The translations under genes were made by a program, and so were the position numbers. A stretch of 64,000 nucleotides of DNA from an uncultured candidate division Zixibacteria bacterium (GTDB lineage: Bacteria > Zixibacteria > MSB-5A5 > GN15 > FEB-12), in NCBI GenBank assembly GCA_963735035.1, contig CAVTJJ010000006.1, positions 64,001 to 128,000 of the forward strand. The letters run 5' to 3'. Positions 55,090-64,000 of the stretch are shown here, in pieces. Positions within the stretch are counted from its first letter, which is position 1. Each line of letters starts with the position of its first letter. The notes below the pieces were generated by a model. It did no database searches. It was not told where the DNA came from and saw only the letters and a program-made list of their open reading frames with translations.

Positions 55090-56514
55090 GTGGTTGAAAA
55101 GTTGAAACCGAAAGATAGAATGAAGGTCCCCCGGGTATCGATGCCGGAGCAGAAGCCCGAGGTACGTCGACATAATTTTCAGGAAGTGCCGTGCGGCTTG
55201 ACCGAAGAGCAGGCTCTTCAGGAAGCTTCGCGTTGTCTGGATTGCCCCAAGAAACCGTGTGTAGCAGGATGCCCGGTCGAGGTTGATATCCCTGGATTCA
55301 TCAACCTGGTGCTCGAAAAAGACTACGCCGGCGCGGCGCGCAAGATCAAGCAAACCAATGCCCTGCCCGCTGTGTGCGGACGCGTCTGCCCTCAGGAAGA
55401 GCAGTGCGAAGTCGTTTGCGTGACCGGCAAGAAAGGCCGTTCGGTGGCGATCGGCTATCTGGAACGGTTCGTGGCCGACTACGAGCGCGATAACAAACTT
55501 GTCGAGATCCCGCAGGTCGCTCCGCCTACCGGTCGAAATGTAGCAATGGTCGGTTCCGGTCCGGCCGGTTTAACCGTTGCCGGAGATCTTATCAGGCTGG
55601 GCCACAAGGTTACCATCTTTGAAGCTCTGCATAAGCCGGGCGGCGTGTTGGTTTATGGCATCCCGGAATTTCGTCTGCCCAAAGCTATCGTGCAGGCCGA
55701 GTGTGATGTGCTCGCCAGCACCGGGGTCGAGTTCAAGAATTCGACCGTGGTCGGTAAGATGGACACAGTTGATGAATTGTTCGAGCAGGGGTTCGACGCG
55801 GTCTTTATCGGCACCGGCGCCGGACTGCCGAATTTCATGGGGATCGAAGGCGAGAACCTGATCGGTATCTATTCGGCCAACGAATACCTGACCCGCTCCA
55901 ACTTGATGCGTGCTTACGACCCGGATGGCGCCGACACGCCGATCATTCGCGGCAAGAATGTCGCGGTGCTGGGCGGCGGCAACACCGCCATGGACGCGGT
56001 GCGTACGTCGCTTCGTCTCGGCGCGGGACACGCATACATCGTGTATCGCCGCTCGGAAAAAGAGATGCCGGCCCGTATCGAAGAAGTTCACCACGCCAAA
56101 GATGAAGGCGTCGAGTTTCATATGCTGACCGCCCCGATCAAGTTCATCGGTGACGACAAGGGCAAAGTAAAGGCGATGGAATGCATCACGATGGAATTGG
56201 GCGAGCCGGATGCGTCGGGACGCCGTCGCCCGGTCCCGATGGAAGGCTCTAACTTCATTATGGAAGTCGACCTCGTTGTAGTGGCGATCGGCAACTCGTC
56301 TAATCCGCTCATCCAGGCTACCACCCCCGGTCTTACGACCAATAAGTGGGGCAATATTACGGTCAACGAAGAGACGATGGAAACCTCGCGCAAAGGCGTC
56401 TACGCCGGTGGTGATATTGTCACGGGTGGAGCGACCGTTATTCTCGCGGCTGGCGCGGGGAAGAAGGCGGCTCGCGCGATGCACAAGTACCTGATGGAAG
56501 AGGTCAAGAAGTAG
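55090..56514 (+). CDS. nfnB: NfnB/SudA (GltD-like) large subunit of electron-bifurcating transhydrogenase
   Basis: EASRCLDC...CVAGCPV, CGRVCPQEEQCE, GSGPAG, YGIPEFRLP, GGGNTAMD and GGDIVTG; directly follows nfnA. Confidence 0.9.
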   Translation: MVEKLKPKDRMKVPRVSMPEQKPEVRRHNFQEVPCGLTEEQALQEASRCLDCPKKPCVAGCPVEVDIPGFINLVLEKDYAGAARKIKQTNALPAVCGRVCPQEEQCEVVCVTGKKGRSVAIGYLERFVADYERDNKLVEIPQVAPPTGRNVAMVGSGPAGLTVAGDLIRLGHKVTIFEALHKPGGVLVYGIPEFRLPKAIVQAECDVLASTGVEFKNSTVVGKMDTVDELFEQGFDAVFIGTGAGLPNFMGIEGENLIGIYSANEYLTRSNLMRAYDPDGADTPIIRGKNVAVLGGGNTAMDAVRTSLRLGAGHAYIVYRRSEKEMPARIEEVHHAKDEGVEFHMLTAPIKFIGDDKGKVKAMECITMELGEPDASGRRRPVPMEGSNFIMEVDLVVVAIGNSSNPLIQATTPGLTTNKWGNITVNEETMETSRKGVYAGGDIVTGGATVILAAGAGKKAARAMHKYLMEEVKK

Positions 56515-56517
56515 ATT

Positions 56518-56967
56518 CGTAGGGCAGAACCCCTTGCGGTTCTGCCCTACGTGCAAGGTTGCGGCAGGTCCTGCGTCGCCGAAGGCGGCGTGTGACCTGC
56601 CGCTTTTCATTATTGGACGATCTTGTGCGTGGCGTACCTCCCGGTACGCCACGTATTCGTTGGGGGTGACGAGAAACCCGTCAACGAAAGGTTAATGGCA
56701 TAATGTCGAAACCGCCCGAAACGGGCTGGTTTCGACCTATATGGGAGATATCGGTACGGGTGTCAAGTGCTCAAGTTTGTTTCAGTCGTCGTCATGCTTC
56801 GACCCTTCGACAAGCTCAGGGCTCAGCATGACGGAAAGGTAAGTTGATATTGAATCGACGGGGGATCTCGATCTGCAAGACCTCTTAGGCGGCAGGGCTG
56901 GAACCCTGCCGATCGGAGATAGATGCAGCTCGCCTCCCACTATGTCGGCAGATGTGGACATCTGCCG
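56518..56967. repeat. Intergenic cluster of eight different stem-loops (REP-like and terminator-like)
   Basis: Inverted repeats at 56518-56551, 56561-56603, 56628-56653, 56656-56688, 56705-56736, 56790-56833, 56890-56911 and 56946-56967. Confidence 0.8.
56561..56607 (+). terminator. Probable nfnAB terminator
   Basis: GCGGCAGGTC...GACCTGCCGC followed by TTTT. Confidence 0.55.
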
Positions 56968-57000
56968 GGCACGGATTTGATATGAACGGGAGTAATAACG

Positions 57001-57324
57001 CTACCAAATCCCCAACTGGTCTTTGGCCAGATCGGTACACATCGTCTTCGGATCCCAGATAGGGTCCCATACGAGTACGACTTCGACTTTTTTCACGCCC
57101 TCGACTTTTTCGGCGGCGCGGTGCGCCTGACCGATTAACATCTCGCCATAAGGGCAGGCGGGGGTGGTCAGTGTCATCTTGATGCGGACATTGCCGTTGT
57201 CGGCGATGGCAATGTCATAGATGAGCCCTAAATCGACTATGCCTATCATGATTTCGGGATCGTGTACCGGCTTGAGCGCGTCGATAATCTTGTCCCGAAG
57301 AGCGTCTTTTTCCTGCTTGGTCAT
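57001..57324 (-). CDS. sufT: DUF59/SufT (PaaD-like) Fe-S assembly protein
   Basis: VHDPEI..IVDLGLIY, MTLTTPACP and VWDPIW. Confidence 0.9.
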   Translation of the reverse strand: MTKQEKDALRDKIIDALKPVHDPEIMIGIVDLGLIYDIAIADNGNVRIKMTLTTPACPYGEMLIGQAHRAAEKVEGVKKVEVVLVWDPIWDPKTMCTDLAKDQLGIW

Positions 57325-57331
57325 AGGAAGA

Positions 57332-57811
57332 TTACTCCTGTTCGGTCGACACGGCGGGGGTGTCTGTCCCCTTGCCGGAGGCGTAGCGTTCGAGTCCATC
57401 GACCAAAGTGACCCAGGCCAGTAGAGCGCATTTCACTCTGACGGGGAAGTTCCGCACGCCCTTGAGTGATTCGATGTCCTCGAATTCTGGCGGCAATTGA
57501 ACATCTTCTTCACCCTTCAGCATTCGCCGGACAATCTGCGCCAATCGCTGGACTTCCTCAAACGGCATTCCCTTGACTGCTTCGGCGAGCATCGATCCGG
57601 ACGCGACTGAAATGGCGCACCCTTTACAATCGACGTGAACATCTTTCAATACGCCGTTTTCGACCTGCGCGGTCAGCGAAATCTCATCGCCGCACGCCGG
57701 GTTAGTGCCGTCCGATTTGACATTGGCCTGTGTCAGTGGCTGCTTGCCACGGGGTGAATGATAATGGTCGAGAATGACTTCTCGATACATGTCGTCAAGC
57801 TGGGAACTCAT
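57332..57811 (-). CDS. sufU: SUF system sulfur-transfer protein SufU
   Basis: YREVILDHY, NPACGD, GCAISVAS and RVKCALLAW. Confidence 0.93.
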   Translation of the reverse strand: MSSQLDDMYREVILDHYHSPRGKQPLTQANVKSDGTNPACGDEISLTAQVENGVLKDVHVDCKGCAISVASGSMLAEAVKGMPFEEVQRLAQIVRRMLKGEEDVQLPPEFEDIESLKGVRNFPVRVKCALLAWVTLVDGLERYASGKGTDTPAVSTEQE

Positions 57812-59085
57812 ACGCCAAAGTACTTTCTCATTTCCTTCAGGCTTTCAACCAACACATCGATATCCTGTTTGTCATTATAGATATAGAATGATGCGCGCGC
57901 AGTAGCAACTTTGCCCATGGCCCGCATCAGCGGCTGGGCGCAATGATGCCCCGCCCGTATCGCCACTCCCCGGGAATCGAGGAAAGTGCCGATATCGTGC
58001 GGGTGGATAACCGGGTCAGTAAATGAAATCGCCCCGCCCCGCTGCTCCACATCCTGCGGACCCTGGATTTCCAATCCCGGAAGTTCGGCCAGATGCCCGA
58101 ACGCATACCGGGTCAATTCTGTTTCGTGATGATGCACACTTGCCATACCCAACCGGTCGAGATAATCGAGAGCGGCATTGAAGGCTATAACTCCAGAAAT
58201 ATTCGGGGTACCGGCTTCAAAGCGGTGAGGGATATCATTCCAGGTGACGCGGTCGAGACGGACTTCGCGAATCATTTCACCACCGGTACGAAACGGCGGC
58301 ATCTCTTCAAGAATCTCCCGCTTACCCCAGAGCACGCCGACCCCGGTCGGGCCGAGCATCTTATGGGCTGAGAAGGCGAAGAAATCGGCGCCGAGCGCGC
58401 GTACGTCGACCGGGCAGTGCGGTGCCGATTGAGCTCCGTCGACTACCACTATCGCCCCATGTTTGTGAGCGACCGCGGCAATCTCCGCCACCGGATTGAT
58501 TGTTCCGAGCACGTTTGACATGTGGGTGAGCGCCACAATCTTCGTGCGTCCTGTTATGATCGTATCAAGATTGCTCAGGTCGAGATGACCGCATACCGTT
58601 ATCGGGATGGCTTTCAGGATGGCCTTCTTGCGCTGCGCCAACTGATACCAGGGCACGAAATTGGCATGGTGTTCCATTTCGGTGATGACGATCTCATCAC
58701 CTTCATGGACGTTCAAATCACCCCAGGCGAATGCAATCAGGTTGAGCGAGTCGGTTGCACCGGAAGTGAAAATGACTTCTTCGGAGTCAACCCCGCCGAT
58801 AAACCGGGCAACGTGAGTGCGTGTAGCCTCATAGGCCTGGGTGGATCGATCTGCCAGCGTGTGTATCCCCCGATGGATATTGGCGTGGTTGTGCCTATAG
58901 TGTTCGAGAATCGCGTTGATAACCTCACGCGGCTTTTGCGACGACGCTGCGCTGTCCAGATAGACGAGCGGATACCCATTGACCTTCTGGCTCAGAACGG
59001 GAAAATCCGCCTTAATAGTAGCGACGTCTAGCTCCTTTACGAGGCTTTCCGTCGAAAGAATATTCTTCCTTGTGTCCGGTTGCAT
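57808..59085 (-). CDS. sufS: Cysteine desulfurase SufS
   Basis: YLDSAASSQKP, MEHHAN, FSAHKMLGPTG, FEAGTP and RAGHHCAQP. Confidence 0.96.
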   Translation of the reverse strand: MQPDTRKNILSTESLVKELDVATIKADFPVLSQKVNGYPLVYLDSAASSQKPREVINAILEHYRHNHANIHRGIHTLADRSTQAYEATRTHVARFIGGVDSEEVIFTSGATDSLNLIAFAWGDLNVHEGDEIVITEMEHHANFVPWYQLAQRKKAILKAIPITVCGHLDLSNLDTIITGRTKIVALTHMSNVLGTINPVAEIAAVAHKHGAIVVVDGAQSAPHCPVDVRALGADFFAFSAHKMLGPTGVGVLWGKREILEEMPPFRTGGEMIREVRLDRVTWNDIPHRFEAGTPNISGVIAFNAALDYLDRLGMASVHHHETELTRYAFGHLAELPGLEIQGPQDVEQRGGAISFTDPVIHPHDIGTFLDSRGVAIRAGHHCAQPLMRAMGKVATARASFYIYNDKQDIDVLVESLKEMRKYFGV

Positions 59086-59115
59086 ATCGTTCTCTCGTTT
59101 CGGCTCGCGTTGCAT

Positions 59116-59430
59116 TCAATCGTTCAAACGTACGAGAATATTATCGCCGTCGATTTCGACCTCGTATGTGTCAATCGGCACCACCGCCGGCGGTCCGGTG
59201 ACAGCTCCGGTCTTCAGATCGAAGCGGGCGCCGTGGCGCATGCAGACTACCTCGCCGCCGTCGATTTCGCCGTCCGAAATAGGCGCCGAATCGTGAGTAC
59301 ACACATCAGCCATAGCGAAGAAACCTTCCTCGGTGTGCGCGATCACAATTCTATCCTGGCCGACCTCGAATTGTTTCATGTCGCCAAGCGGAATGTCTCC
59401 GGTCCGGGCGACTCGTCTCAATACACTCAT
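59116..59430 (-). CDS. Rieske-type [2Fe-2S] ferredoxin
   Basis: CTH...CMRHGARFD Rieske ligands. Confidence 0.92.
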   Translation of the reverse strand: MSVLRRVARTGDIPLGDMKQFEVGQDRIVIAHTEEGFFAMADVCTHDSAPISDGEIDGGEVVCMRHGARFDLKTGAVTGPPAVVPIDTYEVEIDGDNILVRLND

Positions 59431-59431
59431 G

Positions 59432-60745
59432 TTATAACCTGCTCAACCGTTCATCGACAAACTGACTGATCTCTGCTCTGAGATCAGCAGGTACCTGTTC
59501 CATGGTCTTGGCTACAAATCCCGACACGATCATCCGCGCCGCGTCCTTGGGAGCAATGCCGCGGCTATTGAGATAGAAGAGGAGCAACGGATCAATCGGG
59601 CCGATGGTTGCACCGTGCGAGCACATGACATCCTCGTTTAGGATTTCTAGTTCGGGGATAGTCTCCGCTTTGGCGCCCTCGTTCAAGATCAGGTTTCGGT
59701 TTTCCTGGTAGGCCTCGCAGCCAGGGGCGTGTTTCTCGATTCTGATTAGCCCGGTATAGGCGGAAGTAGACTTGCCACCCAGAACGACTTTGAAATCGAT
59801 ATTCGACCGCGTCTTGCCGGAGGCGTGATGGTGTAGCGTATGATTGTCGAAATGCTGATAGCTCGATCCGAACAGAAGACCATATATCCGACTCTCCGCT
59901 CCGGGTCCGTTCAGGACTACACCGAAATTCTGCTTGGACAGAGTGCCACCGAAGGCGAGGGGAACCGTCAGCATCTGCGCGCCACGTCCGATGATCGCCC
60001 GGTGCGTTTGATAGAACCGGGTCGCTGGAGCGAGGCGCTGAAGCGAGATATAGCGAACACGGCTGTCATCTTGGGCAACAATCTCGACCGCCCCGTTGCC
60101 ATACGCAAAGTCGTCGGTATCGGCAGCCGGCCCGCCGCCGTATTCATCAATCAGAGTCAGCTCAGCATTCTTCCCTATCACTACCAGAAGGCGTGGATAT
60201 GTTGCGGAAGCGGATCCGCCCACCTGACGTAGCAGATGGACAGGCTTTTCAATAACCATGTTGTCAGGGACGTAGATGAAAATGCCGTCCTGCCAGAGTG
60301 CCCCGTTCATGGCTTCGAATTTGCCCGTTTCGGCGTTAACGAGGCTATAAAGATGCGGTTCCACCAATTTATGGTGAGCCTTCACCGCCTCTGACAGACG
60401 GCTTACAATCAGTCCCTGGTGAAAGCTCTTGTCAAAACCGTAACTCGTAATGTCGCGCCCGGCGATATCGGTGACCAGCCCTTCCAGAAGACCTCCCGCG
60501 AGATGCTTCTGTTCGAGTGACTTGGCAGTCTCGAACTTCCCATTGGTGGAACGAGCTTGCGATTTCGGCTCGAAAATGAACTGGGCCGGATCGGTATACC
60601 GCCACAGGTGCAGCCCCCGCTGGGGGAGGGGAAGCGAGTTGAATGTCTCGCGCTGGGCCTGACGTCGGCTTGTAAGCCAGGCCGGCCCGCGCTGCAGCTC
60701 ATCTGATAAGTCGGGAATGGAATATGGTAAGTTGGATGTCTTCAT
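59432..60745 (-). CDS. sufD: Fe-S cluster assembly protein SufD
   Basis: WRYT, beta-helix core, PELEI, CSHGATIG and LFYLNSRGI. Confidence 0.93.
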   Translation of the reverse strand: MKTSNLPYSIPDLSDELQRGPAWLTSRRQAQRETFNSLPLPQRGLHLWRYTDPAQFIFEPKSQARSTNGKFETAKSLEQKHLAGGLLEGLVTDIAGRDITSYGFDKSFHQGLIVSRLSEAVKAHHKLVEPHLYSLVNAETGKFEAMNGALWQDGIFIYVPDNMVIEKPVHLLRQVGGSASATYPRLLVVIGKNAELTLIDEYGGGPAADTDDFAYGNGAVEIVAQDDSRVRYISLQRLAPATRFYQTHRAIIGRGAQMLTVPLAFGGTLSKQNFGVVLNGPGAESRIYGLLFGSSYQHFDNHTLHHHASGKTRSNIDFKVVLGGKSTSAYTGLIRIEKHAPGCEAYQENRNLILNEGAKAETIPELEILNEDVMCSHGATIGPIDPLLLFYLNSRGIAPKDAARMIVSGFVAKTMEQVPADLRAEISQFVDERLSRL

Positions 60746-60747
60746 GA

Positions 60748-62181
60748 TTAACCCACCGACCCTTCCATTTCAAGCGCGATCAGCCGATTCAACTCGACTG
60801 CATACTCGAGCGGTAATTCCTTGGTGAACGGTTCCATGAACCCATTGACGATCAGCAAGCGAGCTTCGTCTTCGGTCAGTCCACGGCTTTGGAGGTAGAA
60901 GAGCTGTTCTTCAGCCACTTTCGAGACGCGGGCTTCGTGCTCTACGCGCACCTGATCGTTGTCGATCTCCATTGTGGGGTAGGTATCGCTTCGGGCCTGT
61001 TCGCCAATTAGAAGAGCGTCGCACTCCACCGACACTTTGCAGTTGGTGGCGTTCTTGTGCACCTTCACCAGTCCACGGTAGGTTGCCCTGCCGTTGTTCT
61101 TGGAGATTGATTTTGAAGTAATCCGTGATGATGTATTCGGGGCGGCGTGAATTACCTTGGCGCCGGCGTCCTGATGCTGATCGGTCCCGGCAAAGGCCAC
61201 AGACAATATCTCGCCACGCGCCCCTTCGCCCACCAACTGGATGCAGGGATATTTCATGGTCAGACGGGAGCCGAGGTTACCGTCAACCCACTCAACGGTC
61301 GCATTCTTGTAGGCGCTTGAACGTTTGGTTACCAGGTTGTAGATGTTTCGCGACCAGTTCTGGATCGTCGTATAACGTATATAAGAGCCTTCGAGGGCGA
61401 TCACTTCCACCACGGCGGTGTGAAGCGAATCGGTCGAATAGATCGGTGCCGTACAGCCTTCTATATAGTGCACGCGGGAGCCTTTGTCGGCGATGATAAG
61501 CGTGCGCTCGAACTGACCCATGTTTTCGGCGTTGATCCGGAAATACGCCTGAAGAGGGGCGCGCACTTCCACACCCGGTGGTACGTAGATGAATGATCCG
61601 CCGGACCAGACCGCGGTGTTGAGCGCGGCGTACTTGTTGTCGGTAGGGGGGACGATCGTGCCAAAATATTTCTTCACGATATCGGGATGCTCTCTCAGAG
61701 CGGAATCCATGTCGAGGAAGATGATTCCCAGCTTCTTGAGGTCCTCCTGCATGGAGTGATATACGACTTCCGATTCGTATTGAGCCGAGACTCCGCCCAG
61801 GAATTTCTGCTCCGCATCGGGTATACCCAACCGGTCGAAGGTCTTCTTAATGTAATCGGGGACGTCTTCCCACGAGTCTTTCTGGTGCTCGATCGGCTTC
61901 ATGTAGTAATAGATGTTGTCGTAGTCGATCTCGCTCAGGAGCTTGGTGTCGCCCCACTGAGGAGTCGGTTTGGACAAGAAAGTATCGTACGCCTTGTGAC
62001 GGATATCCGTCATCCAGCGTGGTTCCTTCTTCATCCGTGAGATCATCTCAACCACTTCGTGGCTTATCCCACGGGCTCCCTTGTGGAAATAATCCACCGG
62101 ATCATGGAAGCCATACTTGGCTTCGTAATCGTCGTTTAGCTGCGACAGATCTTGTTTCTGAGTGTCAACCCGGTCAGCCAT
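60748..62181 (-). CDS. sufB: Fe-S cluster assembly protein SufB
   Basis: [37 protein letters not shown] and LPLEYAVE. Confidence 0.96.
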   Translation of the reverse strand: MADRVDTQKQDLSQLNDDYEAKYGFHDPVDYFHKGARGISHEVVEMISRMKKEPRWMTDIRHKAYDTFLSKPTPQWGDTKLLSEIDYDNIYYYMKPIEHQKDSWEDVPDYIKKTFDRLGIPDAEQKFLGGVSAQYESEVVYHSMQEDLKKLGIIFLDMDSALREHPDIVKKYFGTIVPPTDNKYAALNTAVWSGGSFIYVPPGVEVRAPLQAYFRINAENMGQFERTLIIADKGSRVHYIEGCTAPIYSTDSLHTAVVEVIALEGSYIRYTTIQNWSRNIYNLVTKRSSAYKNATVEWVDGNLGSRLTMKYPCIQLVGEGARGEILSVAFAGTDQHQDAGAKVIHAAPNTSSRITSKSISKNNGRATYRGLVKVHKNATNCKVSVECDALLIGEQARSDTYPTMEIDNDQVRVEHEARVSKVAEEQLFYLQSRGLTEDEARLLIVNGFMEPFTKELPLEYAVELNRLIALEMEGSVG

Positions 62182-62182
62182 G

Positions 62183-62950
62183 TTAGACCCCGGCTTTCTG
62201 GGCCATTTCTGTTTCGACCCATTCATACCCGTTGGCTTCCAGCTTCAGAGCCAATTCCGGGCCACCGGACTTGACCAGTTGTCCGTCCATCATCACGTGA
62301 ACGTAGTCCGGTTTGATATAGTTGAGCAGCCTCTGGTAGTGAGTAACCAGAAGGATGCCATTGTGCTCATTGTGGAAGCGGTTGATTCCCTCGGCGACCG
62401 TCTTGAGAGCATCGATGTCCAGGCCAGAATCGGTCTCGTCCAGAATTGCCATTTTCGGCTGAAGTATGGCCATCTGGAGAATCTCGATCTTCTTCTTTTC
62501 GCCGCCGGAGAAACCGTCGTTCAGATATCTGGTCGCGAAAACTTCGTCCACGCCGAGAGCTTTCATCTCGCTCTTGAGAAGCTTGCGGAAATCGGTCATG
62601 TCGGCGCCGGGTCCGCGATGCGCCTGCAAGGCAGTACGCAGGAAATTGGCCACCGTCACGCCCGGAATCGCAACCGGATACTGGAAGGCGAGGAAGAGGC
62701 CGGCACGGGACCGTTCGTCAGATTTCATACCGATCAGGTTCTGTCCGTCGAGGATGGCGGTTCCTGAAGTAATCGCGTAGGCAGGATGTCCGGCCAGAGC
62801 GTTCGACAGCGATGACTTCCCGGAGCCGTTCTTGCCCATGACTGCGTGTATTTCGCCCGGCCGCACGGTCAGGGAGACGCCCTTGACAACTTCTTTGTTT
62901 TCGACCGTGACGTGAATGCCATTGAATTCAAACAGAGACTTGGTGTTCAT
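62183..62950 (-). CDS. sufC: Fe-S cluster assembly ATPase SufC
   Basis: [33 protein letters not shown] and VTHYQRLL. Confidence 0.96.
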   Translation of the reverse strand: MNTKSLFEFNGIHVTVENKEVVKGVSLTVRPGEIHAVMGKNGSGKSSLSNALAGHPAYAITSGTAILDGQNLIGMKSDERSRAGLFLAFQYPVAIPGVTVANFLRTALQAHRGPGADMTDFRKLLKSEMKALGVDEVFATRYLNDGFSGGEKKKIEILQMAILQPKMAILDETDSGLDIDALKTVAEGINRFHNEHNGILLVTHYQRLLNYIKPDYVHVMMDGQLVKSGGPELALKLEANGYEWVETEMAQKAGV

Positions 62951-62979
62951 ATATTTCAATCCTAATGAGTGTGTTCTCT

Positions 62980-63492
62980 CTAAACGTTGGGGTCAAAACC
63001 CGCTATCTGTTTCAAATCGGCGGGGCCGCCCAGTGTTCCGGCGGACATGCGTTCTGCTTTCACGGCCGTTAGCAACGACTGACCCTGAGCCAGATCCTGA
63101 AGCGTCATCCGGCTGAGGAACTCTCTAACATATCCCGCCAGGCTGCCCAGTACGTCATGGACGGAGCAGTTCTCCAGGTGAATGCACTGATCAAGCTGAC
63201 CCGAATGCTTCTGGCAATGGGCGGGATCGATCAGCGGTCCGCCCAGAACTTCGAGTACTTCGTAGACGCTGATCTGATCGAGCGGGCGGGGGATGGAGAA
63301 ACCGCCGGAGCGTCCGCGTTCAGCCGTCACCAAGCCAGCTTTGCGAAGAATCGCCAGCAGCTTCGAGACATAAGGGACCGACAATCCTTCCCGCTCGGCT
63401 ATGTCCGGGATGGACAATTGCTTTCCGGGACCCTGCTGGGCCAGTGCCAGAAGGCACCTCAGACCGTACTCTTCAACTGCAGTTATTCTCAT
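62980..63492 (-). CDS. Rrf2 family transcriptional regulator (IscR/SufR-like, three Cys)
   Basis: EYGLRCL, IAEREGLSVPYVSKLL, RGRSGGF and C-x8-C-x5-C cluster ligands. Confidence 0.92.
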   Translation of the reverse strand: MRITAVEEYGLRCLLALAQQGPGKQLSIPDIAEREGLSVPYVSKLLAILRKAGLVTAERGRSGGFSIPRPLDQISVYEVLEVLGGPLIDPAHCQKHSGQLDQCIHLENCSVHDVLGSLAGYVREFLSRMTLQDLAQGQSLLTAVKAERMSAGTLGGPADLKQIAGFDPNV

Positions 63493-63547
63493 ACTAGGAC
63501 TTCACCGATCCATTCTTCTTGTTTTGCCTCAGCGAGTCGTCGCCGCT

Positions 63548-63576
63548 ATACTACTAAAACAATACAGTATTGTAAA
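63548..63576 (-). promoter_or_regulatory. Sigma-70 promoter of the rrf2-suf operon, overlapped by a putative Rrf2 operator
   Basis: Minus strand TTTACA-N17-TAGTAT; overlapping palindromes ACAATAC-A-GTATTGT (63559-63573) and ATACT-N13-AGTAT (63548-63570). Confidence 0.65.
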
Positions 63577-63662
63577 GTATTCTTTTCGACTCTTCTAACA
63601 TTTTCTTGAAGTACTGGTTCCGAACAGTCTTTCCGGAGGCCCAATCGGGGCCGAAACTTCCC

Positions 63663-63691
63663 TTGACTCATTTGTTTGAGTGGCGTATTAT
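63663..63691 (+). promoter_or_regulatory. Sigma-70 promoter of manC
   Basis: TTGACT-N17-TATTAT, 37 nt upstream of the ATG. Confidence 0.7.
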
Positions 63692-63728
63692 CTGCCGATC
63701 AGATAGCCCAGCGCACAGGAAAACGATT

Positions 63729-64000
63729 ATGATTCATGGAGTTATTCTGGCAGGCGGCCGGGGAGAGCGGTTTTGGCCGCTGTCGCGTGCTAATAAGCCC
63801 AAGCAGTTCTTGAAGTTAACGTCGGACAAGACTATGCTCGAGGAGACCATTGTCCGTGTCCGACCATTAATACCTCTGGAACGGGTCCGGATCGTGGCCA
63901 ACGAGACCATGAGCCAGCATATTTTGGCCTCGGCCGATCAAATCTTCCCTAAGAACGTGCTGACGGAGCCTCGCGGTCGCAACACCTGCCTGGCCATCGG
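63729..64000 (+). CDS. manC: Mannose-1-phosphate guanylyltransferase, 3'-truncated by the window edge
   Basis: MIHGVILAGGRGERFWPLSRANKPKQFL...EPRGRNT; absent from the ORF track because no stop codon falls in the window. Confidence 0.9.
   Translation, partial: MIHGVILAGGRGERFWPLSRANKPKQFLKLTSDKTMLEETIVRVRPLIPLERVRIVANETMSQHILASADQIFPKNVLTEPRGRNTCLAI

Noticed and set aside
55090..56514. Glutamate synthase small subunit
   Set aside because: No gltB nearby, and pairing with the upstream NfnA/SudB-type gene indicates NfnAB.

Overview
Bacterial chromosomal window, roughly 55-58% GC by eye, from an anaerobic diderm. Two secreted proteins with CC..GDANG dockerin-like modules, a YPNPFN C-terminal sorting domain and a TonB receptor/CTD protein/PorV triad suggest candidate phylum Zixibacteria or a close FCB-group relative (inference, not a database result). 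In order the window holds: the 3' part of a sigma-70 gene; a polyprenyl-phospho-sugar glycosylation locus with an AftA-like arabinofuranosyltransferase; tRNA-Leu(CAG) followed by a 2-kb integrase-less island bounded by a 26-bp direct repeat; secreted multidomain proteins, a type III PKS and two sigma-54 promoters; pckA; a PAS-LuxR regulator and a chemoreceptor with two CZB domains; an AmmeMemoRadiSam cluster whose radical SAM enzyme has a Tat signal and whose Memo-AMMECR1 fusion has a Sec signal, with DUF362 and a membrane/spermidine-synthase-like fusion; a caspase-like lipoprotein; a DUF3524 glycosyltransferase; iorAB-buk-ptb-ptb; the mercury-methylation genes hgcAB; TonB receptor-CTD protein-PorV; nfnAB; a dense patch of unrelated hairpins; an Rrf2-led suf operon; and the start of manC. 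Six single-base indels split four genes and are probably assembly errors. The best candidates for new biology are the apparently exported AmmeMemoRadiSam system, hgcAB with a Cys-Cys N-terminal extension, and the AftA homologue. No CRISPR array, rRNA, transposase, integrase or reverse transcriptase was seen.
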